From Octopus bimaculoides (lineage: Eukaryota), in contig NC_068996.1 in NCBI RefSeq assembly GCF_001194135.2, positions 14,006,668 to 14,049,564 on the forward strand: 42,897 bases of DNA. Reading direction: 5' to 3'. Under the pieces are notes generated by a model. That model searched no databases. It was not told where the DNA came from and worked only from the letters and a program-made list of their open reading frames with translations. Of this stretch, positions 34,915 through 42,897 are shown piece after piece; positions within the stretch are counted from its first letter, which is position 1; every line of letters begins with the position of its first letter. A program made the translations under genes and the position numbers.

Positions 34915-35035
34915 GTAACATACTAAAGCTAAAACTATCCCTGTTATTGTAGGTGCCCTGGTATAACTAAGGGATTTCGGGAACAAAGAAATAACATCGC
35001 TGGAGACCCTTCTCTCACAGAAATCCATAAGAATT
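34915..35035 (+). mobile_element. R4/Dong-like C-terminal fragment (second copy)
   Basis: KTIPVIVGAL...G...IAGDPSLTEIHK (cf. KTIPVVIGALGxIxKG...IPGxPSLxEIQK). Confidence 0.75.
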
Positions 35036-35099
35036 TTTAGACAGAATTGTTAGCACGCGGAACATAATGATTATCGGCATTTCTTCGGCAAAATATTAA

Positions 35100-35155
35100 T
35101 AATAATAATGATGATGATGATGATGATGATGATAATAATGATAATAATAATGATG

Positions 35156-35228
<73 letters not shown>
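35100..35228. repeat. (TAA)n/(TGA)n microsatellite
   Basis: Seen directly; preceded by a short family C SINE head at about 35040-35090. Confidence 0.97.
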
Positions 35229-35229
<1 letters not shown>

Positions 35230-35469
35230 CGTGATAATAATATGATGTAGTATCTTAAAATGAAAATTGTCTTTGTTATTGCAGATGTTCTTGTTAAGAT
35301 AAAAATGTAATGCTAGAAACAGCTAAATAATATCTCAGGAGACACATCTCTGACGAATATTCTCACATCTTTAGAAAAATCCTCCTATCAACGTAAATTA
35401 ATGTTTTGTACTGTGTTATGTTATATTTCTATACTGTACTCCCTAAATTTTCAGTTATATCTGAACATC

Positions 35470-35807
35470 GCTAAACCTTCATTTTCCCTAGGTCTCTAGG
35501 TGTGATCCAGCAAGACATTGCAACAACCTATCAGAAGTATGTATATAACGTCCCAGAAGATCCATCTCTCAAAGAAATCCAAAAGATTGTGTCGGCAATT
35601 CTGCCCACACCCTTAGAAAAACACTAACAGCTTCAGTTGAATGTCTCGTGTTGTGTTGCATCATATGAGCATACTCCTATACTGTCCTCCCCACTTCACT
35701 TCCCAAAGTCTGAATTACATCTAAACAACTTTTAACCTTCTGTTGCTTTAGATCACTGTCTGTCGCTCAGAAAGTGGTTGCACCAAATGCAGATTGAAAA
35801 GATAATA

Positions 35808-35810
<3 letters not shown>
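35470..35810 (+). mobile_element. R4/Dong-like C-terminal fragment (third copy) with probable 3' UTR running into a (TGA/TAA)n tail
   Basis: SLGVIQQDIATTYQKYVYNVPEDPSLKEIQKIV...cacacccttagaaaaacacta parallels 33990-34050; about 170 nt of non-coding sequence follows, then ataatgatgatg. Confidence 0.65.
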
Positions 35811-35843
<33 letters not shown>

Positions 35844-35871
35844 GTGATGATGGTGATGATGGTGATGATGG

Positions 35872-35927
<56 letters not shown>

Positions 35928-36577
35928 NNNNNNNNNNNNNNNNNNNNNNNNNNNNNNNNNNNNNNNNNNNNNNNNNNNNNNNNNNNNNNNNNNNNNNNNN
36001 NNNNNNNNNNNNNNNNNNNNNNNNNNNNNNNNNNNNNNNNNNNNNNNNNNNNNNNNNNNNNNNNNNNNNNNNNNNNNNNNNNNNNNNNNNNNNNNNNNNN
36101 NNNNNNNNNNNNNNNNNNNNNNNNNNNNNNNNNNNNNNNNNNNNNNNNNNNNNNNNNNNNNNNNNNNNNNNNNNNNNNNNNNNNNNNNNNNNNNNNNNNN
36201 NNNNNNNNNNNNNNNNNNNNNNNNNNNNNNNNNNNNNNNNNNNNNNNNNNNNNNNNNNNNNNNNNNNNNNNNNNNNNNNNNNNNNNNNNNNNNNNNNNNN
36301 NNNNNNNNNNNNNNNNNNNNNNNNNNNNNNNNNNNNNNNNNNNNNNNNNNNNNNNNNNNNNNNNNNNNNNNNNNNNNNNNNNNNNNNNNNNNNNNNNNNN
36401 NNNNNNNNNNNNNNNNNNNNNNNNNNNNNNNNNNNNNNNNNNNNNNNNNNNNNNNNNNNNNNNNNNNNNNNNNNNNNNNNNNNNNNNNNNNNNNNNNNNN
36501 NNNNNNNNNNNNNNNNNNNNNNNNNNNNNNNNNNNNNNNNNNNNNNNNNNNNNNNNNNNNNNNNNNNNNNNNNNNNN

Positions 36578-36663
<86 letters not shown>
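35808..36663. repeat. (TGA)n - N gap - (TAA)n microsatellite
   Basis: TGA/TGG units at 35808-35927, gap, TAA units at 36578-36663. Confidence 0.97.
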
Positions 36664-36870
36664 CTTTTCTACTATAGTCACAAGGCCTGAAATTTTAGGA
36701 GAATTTACTAGTCGCTTACATCGACCGTAGTGCTCGACTGGTACCTATTTTATCGACCCCAAAAAGGTAAAGTTGACCCCGGTAGAAATTGAACTAAAAA
36801 TACTAAGACGGATTAATTGTTTCAAAGCGTTTCACCCGGCGTGCTAACCATTCTACCAGCTCGATGCCTT
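36664..36870 (-). mobile_element. Family C (Nin/Deu-like) SINE with its tail abutting (ATT)n
   Basis: ggtacctattttatcgacccc...gttgaccccggtagaaattgaact...gcgtgctaaccattctaccagctcg is the reverse complement of the 11106-11320 type. Confidence 0.8.
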
Positions 36871-37378
36871 TAATAACAAGAATTGTTTTGACTTGTTATA
36901 CATTGTTTTGTCTTGTTATAAAAGATGGGCTACAGCAAATATTCTGGTCAATACCACAGATTTGCTTGTCAGTTGTTTGACCATAACCAGTTGAGCATGT
37001 CCCTTAGTGGCTGACGATGTATGTTTCTCTGATCATGAGCAGAAGTAGTGAGGGAACATCATAGCCATGTGTTGAGAGGAATTCTTTGGGGATTGGATAA
37101 TTCACCTCTGGAAACATGGGTGTTTCGTTCAACATCTTTAAACAGCCCTTATTCAGGGACATTTTGAGCGGGATGAGCTACTCGACCTGAAGAAAATTCT
37201 AACTGGGCCCCAAGGTTATGCGCTGTTTATCTTGATATGAGATCACCATGTCACGCACATATGGTTGTAATGCATGTTCCTGATGTACCCTTAACAGACG
37301 GGTAGTCATGGTGGGTATACTGGGCTTCGTATATTTTACCCCAGTGTCACTTTGATGGCATGCACTGCTCTCTCACTC

Positions 37379-37437
<59 letters not shown>

Positions 37438-37449
37438 TAATAATAATAT

Positions 37450-39920
37450 CTATGCAGGAGAGGTAGTAATTACCAGAAGATTAAATATCTCACAGGGAAA
37501 GATAAAAAAAAAAGAGCAAATGTGGAAAAGGAGACTACAAAATAAAGTGAAGACTTTAAGACAGGATCTGAGTAGAATAGAAGCCTGGAAACTGAACGAG
37601 TTAGGAAACACAAAATGCAAATCTTCCCCCGAGGAAAGATACTTAGTCAAAGAGAAAGGATTTGGGAGAGTAATAAAAAAGTTGAAACGGCGTAGCAGTA
37701 GCAGGCAAGCTCTCCAGATATCAGAAAAGAATAGATCAATATCAACAGAATAAATTATTTGAGACAGACCAGATATTTTATTACTAAATAGATAGTAGAG
37801 AAAGAAGTACTGAAGATGAGAAAACTAATGCAGAGGAAGCTAGAAAGTTCTAGAGTAATATTTGGGATAAACTAGTTAATCATAATGGAGATGCAGTATG
37901 GTTAAAGAAAGAGAGGGAAGAAGTAGTGAGAAGCAGACGTATCTAAGATTAACTAGTGCATTAATGAGTAAAGTGTTAGGAAAAATGCCGAATAGGAAGG
38001 GCCCAGGACCAGATTTAGTTGAAGGCTACTGGCAAAATAAATTTAGTAGTTTACATGGGAAGCAGAGAGAACAACTTCAGGATTGCCTTAATGGAGGAAT
38101 AATATCAGATTGGATGATTAGAGGGAGGACAGTACTCATCCTGAAAGATAAGAACAAGGGTAATACAGCTAGCAACTATAGACGAATCACTTGCTTATCA
38201 TTAGTGTGGAAGCTGTTCAGGGATGCCTTCAGAAAGCATTTACGAGCACCTTGAGAAACAGAATTCACTGCCAGAAGAACAGAAAAGTTGCAGCAAGAAG
38301 GCTAGAGAAACAAAGCAGTTTTAAATGAAGTAAAAGCTAGAAAGAAATCTAATAAGAGAACGGATAAATTATAGGAAAGCCTACGACATGATCCCACACT
38401 CATGGATAAGTGAATGTTTGAGTATATTCAGTATAGCAGACAACATAATGCATTAGCATGAAGAAATAGATCTCTACTCAGGTGACACACTCTTAGGGAT
38501 AGTTAATATGAAAAGAGGAATTTTACAGAAGGACACGTTGCTCCCTTTAATATTTGTCTTATGTTTGATCCCCCTCAATTTAGTATTAAGGAAGGTAAAT
38601 GCAGGGTATCAGTTCAGAAATAGAAGGGAAAAATTAACCATTTGCTCTACATGGATGACCTGAAGCTTTTTTAGTAAGAATGAAAAAGAGACAGATTCCT
38701 TAATACACACTATAAGATTCTTCAGCAAAGATATAGGCATGGATTCTGGCATAGATAGATGTGCAATATTAGGTAAAGTTGAGGAGTACATCAGAAGGGT
38801 CAGGAAGCTAATGAAGTCAAACCTAAATGGTCCGTATCTAGTGAAGGCTGTATCATTACTTAAATGCTCGGCAGCTTTTGTAGATTGGACGGAAACTGAA
38901 TTAGCAAAGCTAGACAGAAGACCTAAGAAGGTATTCAATGTGAATGGAGGACTCCACCCAAGAGCAGGAGTAGCAAGATTATACCTACCTAGAAAGGAAG
39001 ATGGAAGAGGGTTAATATCAGTAGAAGACTGCGTGAAGTTAGCTGGAGTAGATATAGACTACTATGTAGTTGGTAATAGTAAAGATAGTGTATTAAAAGC
39101 TGATAGAGTCAGAGCAAGACATAGGTAAACCAAAAATCCAAACGAGGCTAAGAACCAGAGAAAAGAACAGAAATTATCTGACACGAAAAAGCGTTGCCTG
39201 GTACATTCCCAAAGATAGTTTCAGCAAATAGTAGTAGTGAGGCATGGTTATGTTTGCAGAAAGGGAAGCTGAAGAGACAAAGACAGAAAGTTTGTTAGTA
39301 GCTGTACAAGATCAAGCATTAAGGACTAGTTGGATAAATACCAAGGTAGACAAAACCAAGTAGATTCCCAATGTAGATTATGCAAATCAAAACAGGAAAG
39401 TGTTACTCATACAGTAAGTGAATGTAGCATGCTGGCGACAATCTAGGGAGAGTAATACTAGGATTTGAACATACTGATAAATGGTATAAACATGAACCTA
39501 GCAAAGTACTAGCAATTAATAAATATAAGATGTTGCGGAACTTTAACATTCAGACTGACATAGTAATAGAAGCTAGATGGTCTGATTTAGTAATAACTTT
39601 ACCATCCCAAATGATGAAACCATTAAAGTGAGAAGTATAGAAAAAAATAGTACCAGGACTTAGCTGTCAAAATACAGAGACAATGGAAAGTGCGGGTAAA
39701 ATGTATCCCAGTAGTTATAGGTGCATTGGGAACTATCCCTAAAGATCTGAACAGATGAATAAAGGAAATAGGCATAAAACCCAGTTTAGTACAGCAGCAG
39801 AAAACAGTGTTATTAGGGACAGATAGAATACTTAAGAGGGTTCTTGGCATCTAAGTGTACTTTTTGTAGCCCGATGTTAGGATTTTTCTTTTCCAAAAAT
39901 GTAATCTGCTGCGTGTATAT
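37450..39920 (+). mobile_element. R4/Dong-clade RLE non-LTR retrotransposon: about 2.4-kb pseudogene with internal deletions, flanked by (TAA)n
   Basis: WKRRLQNKV, KMPNRKGPGPDLVEGYW, GRTVLILKD...NYRRITCL, KAYDMIPHSWI, RGILQKDTLLPLIF, YMDD (38648-38659), LYLPRKEDGRGL, CCHC finger CRLCKSKQESVTHTVSEC (39372-39425), IEARWSDLV (decayed RPD), KYQDL, IPVVIGALG, QKTVLLGTDRILKRVL* (stop at 39852-39854). Confidence 0.9.
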
Positions 39921-39927
39921 GAAAATA

Positions 39928-39958
<31 letters not shown>

Positions 39959-39961
39959 TAA

Positions 39962-40145
39962 TAGTCCTTTCCACTTTCGGCACAAGGCTAGCTATTTTAG
40001 GAGTAAACAGGTTAGCCAATCACGTCAAGCCCAGTAAAATGGTATAGTTGAAATGGGTAGAATTCGAACACAGAACGTAAATCAGGAAGAAATTCCACTA
40101 TGGTTCATTTGCGGAGTTTCAACAATTATACCAGCATGCTGTCTT
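39962..40145 (-). mobile_element. Degenerate family C SINE
   Basis: ttcggcacaaggc...tagaattcgaacacagaacgtaaa...caattataccagc parallels 29147-29330 and 36664-36870. Confidence 0.6.
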
Positions 40146-40564
40146 AAAGTTTAGAGATATTTAAAGATAACTAGATATAAAGACATAGAAACTGAGGCAT
40201 TACAATCCCTATTTGGCAATTAAAAACTTGATTACGGTTCATATATTTGATACACTGTTTACCATGTATCTTCCATTGGTTTCTGTAATTGGACTGTTGT
40301 TATACTGAGGCATAGACTTCAAAAGTTTTAGTCTGGACAGAAACGTTCTAGCTTTGAAAAGAATACAGTGGAACCTAACTCCCATTTTCCTCTGGCACTT
40401 TAGTCGATCATATGAAGGATCGATTAAGTATACATATTGAAACATGCAACGCTTGTGTGAGTCTAGGCTATTCGAAACGCGTGTAAGATGAATAAATGGC
40501 AGATAATGCATCTTTATCCTTCATGTGTTTTTCTATGTATTTACATACACACATACATTATAAG

Positions 40565-40725
40565 TCGGGATTTCATACAACTTCCGTCAAACAAATCTAC
40601 ATACAAGACGTTGGTGGACTTGGGGTTATAGTGGAAGACGCCGGGTCAAGATACCGCACAATGGGACTAAACACAAGATCTCATTGATGGAAAGTAATCT
40701 TCTCAATCAGGCTACCACGTTTACT
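40565..40725 (-). mobile_element. Degenerate family A SINE 5' part
   Basis: caacttccgtcaaacaaatctacatacaagacgttggtggacttggggttatagtggaagac...tgggactaaac. Confidence 0.6.
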
Positions 40726-40741
40726 ATATATATATATAGAT

Positions 40742-40799
<58 letters not shown>

Positions 40800-40827
40800 G
40801 GAAGGAGATAGATAGATAGATAGATAT

Positions 40828-40886
<59 letters not shown>

Positions 40887-41344
40887 CGGGTGTATGTAAA
40901 TGTATATGTGTGTATCACTCCATCTATCAATCAATCTATTTATCTATCAGAGTATCTATATATACGTGCACGCGTACACACAAACGCACACACACACACA
41001 CACTCTCTCTCACACACACACATATAATTCATTTTGTCTTAACGTCTTTCTATCAGCTTATTCCATCAACAATATCTGGTTACAAGAAAATCCGATCAAA
41101 TACCTTGTTTTTGTTCTTCCTTATATTTTAATCATTTTTTTTTACCTCACTTTGTTTCGTAATATATTTTATATTTATTTGTTTATTTATTTACTTATTT
41201 GCGTGTGCGTGCGTGTGTTATCGATACCCCAAAACTAATACTAATACGGTATTAAGATATATTAGCAATGGTAAGATTGTATTATCGATTATATCGATTA
41301 GGCTTTCAAGAATATCGGTTTCCCTCACGTTAGACAAATTTTTG

Positions 41345-41640
41345 TCTTTTATACTTTACTTGATTCAGTCATCGGACTGATCCCGGCCATGCTGGGGCAA
41401 TGCCTTGAAGAGGTTTGTCGAACAAATCAGCATCACTGCTTTAATCTTTTATTTTTTGCTATACAGGACTGCGGCAGACATGGTCGACATCTGCCTTCGA
41501 GGGTATTAGTGCAAATAATCAATCCCACTAATTACGTTTTAGAAGTCTAGTACTTATTATCTCTAATGCCGAAACCTTAAATTACGGAGATATAAACAAA
41601 CGAACACTGGTTCTCAAGCGTGGTAGGATACAAACATAGT
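41345..41640 (-). mobile_element. Degenerate family A SINE 3' tails
   Basis: tttacttgattcagtcat...ggccatgctggggcaatgccttgaag...gtcgaacaaatc; agtacttatt...gccgaaacc...aacactggttctcaagcg. Confidence 0.6.
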
Positions 41641-41722
41641 CACACACATATATGCGCATATGTCTATATATGTAGGCATGTATATGCATGCGCATATGGG
41701 AATTTGTGAGTATATATATACA

Positions 41723-41753
<31 letters not shown>

Positions 41754-41792
41754 CGATATATATGTGTGTGTGTAAAAGAAATTAAAATGACG

Positions 41793-41910
41793 AATAAGAA
41801 ATTATGGAATGGACTCCATTAGCTAACAGTTGTTTCTGCTATAAAATACAATGTACTCATATTTGAATTATTGCGTTACACTCTATAGATTAATGGGATC
41901 TTCGAAAGTG
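41793..41910 (-). repeat. Inverted, decayed copy of the 42318-42440 hammerhead-bearing segment
   Basis: Reverse complement ctatagagtgtaacgcaataattcaaatatgagtacattgtattttatagcaGAAACAACTGTTagctaatgg aligns with 42344-42418; its core is decayed. Confidence 0.8.
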
Positions 41911-42175
41911 TGTGATTTTACTTACGCACAAACAAACAGACAGACAGATAGACAGACAGACAGATAGACAGACAGACAGACAAACAGACAGACAGTAGGG
42001 TAGGCAGGCAGGCAGGCAGGCAGGTGGGTAGGTAGGTAGGTAGATGGATAAAATTTTTATTAGCCCACTTCTGGGCGGGGCTTTCCCATTCACAGGCCTA
42101 ACGTTATTTCCTACATACATTAATATCCTTTGGTTAGTAATGCTTTTCTGTATAAATATGTGTGTATGTGTGTGA

Positions 42176-42247
<72 letters not shown>

Positions 42248-42330
42248 ATGTGTGATGTTTGTGTGTGTACATTTGATGTTTGTGTGTGTGTGTAAACGCC
42301 TTCCTAAATAAAGCTGCACTTTATTTTTGA

Positions 42331-42411
42331 AGCTCTGATGATGCTATAGGGTGTTACACAAGCATTCAAATACGCGTGTATTGAATTTTATAGCAGAAAC
42401 AGTTGTAAGAT
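42331..42411 (+). ncRNA. Minimal type-I hammerhead-like motif (AGTT/AGCT loop family)
   Basis: agct-CTGATGA (42335-42341), helix II tgctatag/ttatagca (8 bp, U-A closing) with inner attcaa-tac/gta-ttgaat hairpin, GAAAC-AGTT-GTA (42396-42407), agat. Confidence 0.68.
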
Positions 42412-42649
42412 AATGAAGTTCACGACAGTTTTTTATTCCCTTGTCATTTTAGTTTCTTATGAGAGTCCTGTAATTAACTGACACCTTTTTCTGAAGCATA
42501 TGTATAAGGAATTCTAATACCATGTTATTAGTTTCGCTGTGCCTAACCAAAATCATAGATCAGGACATAACATACGATGGACCAGACTATGGGATATTGT
42601 TATACATCGCTGGTCACAATGCATTTTGTATCGTTTTAGATTTTGAATG

Positions 42650-42850
42650 ATGCCAACCCAGTGGCTGGGCGAGCAGGCCAACATTTCTCCTGATCGGAAT
42701 GCTACTCCGGGTTATCCATTTACAACTTGGGTGGACTGGAGCAACGTAAAATGAAGTGTTTTGTTCAAGAATGTGACGTAACGCTCAGTCCGAAAATCGA
42801 ACCCACGATCTAACGATCTTTAGTGCATCACTCTAACCACTAAGCCATAT
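42650..42850 (-). mobile_element. tRNA-derived SINE (family B)
   Basis: Reverse complement: A-box tggcttagtgg, B-box ggttcgatt, then ttcttgaacaaaacacttcattttacgttgctccagtccaccc. Confidence 0.85.
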
Positions 42851-42897
42851 AGACGGAGACTTTGTATGTTTGAGTGTCAGTGTTTGCCCCCACCCCC

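Noticed and set aside
35492-35536. 45-nt exon-like segment with good splice sites (ccctag|...GAA|gtatgt)
   Set aside because: The reading frame continues past the donor as an R4/Dong-like C-terminus (PSLKEIQKIV) that is present three times locally; it is TE sequence.
40305-40490. Three GAAAC-plus-short-palindrome words (GAAACGTT, GAAACATG, GAAACGCGTGTA) spaced like a tandem hammerhead array
   Set aside because: No intact CTGAnGA core or properly closing helix II for any of them. They may be old relics but cannot be supported by eye.

Overview
AT-rich, gap-riddled eukaryotic DNA dominated by (TA)n/(GT)n/(TAA)n microsatellites and decayed transposons. The SINE types and microsatellite load point to a coleoid cephalopod, probably Octopus; this is inference, not shown. 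No intact host gene, rRNA, tRNA or CRISPR array is supportable, and nearly all long ORFs in the track are microsatellite or N-gap artefacts. Recognisable remnants: two RTE-clade LINEs; three CR1/jockey-group LINE fragments; a Penelope-like (PLE) GIY-YIG endonuclease; a Tc1 and a maT(DD37D)-like transposase; a nest of R4/Dong-like RLE retrotransposon pieces among TAA repeats (33.6-39.9 kb); and about 20 tRNA-derived SINE copies of three kinds. The most interesting signal lies outside any ORF: about ten minimal type-I hammerhead-ribozyme-like motifs (CTGAnGA...stem...GAAAC-palindrome-GTH) with several different palindromic helix-III loops and unusually long helix-II insertions. One lies downstream of the PLE endonuclease, and several sit in large divergent inverted repeats. 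Two degenerate tandem repeats (16.4-16.9 kb and 30.5-30.9 kb) also show a synonymous-substitution signature of an unidentified fossil repeat protein. All alignments and folds were done by eye and need computational confirmation.
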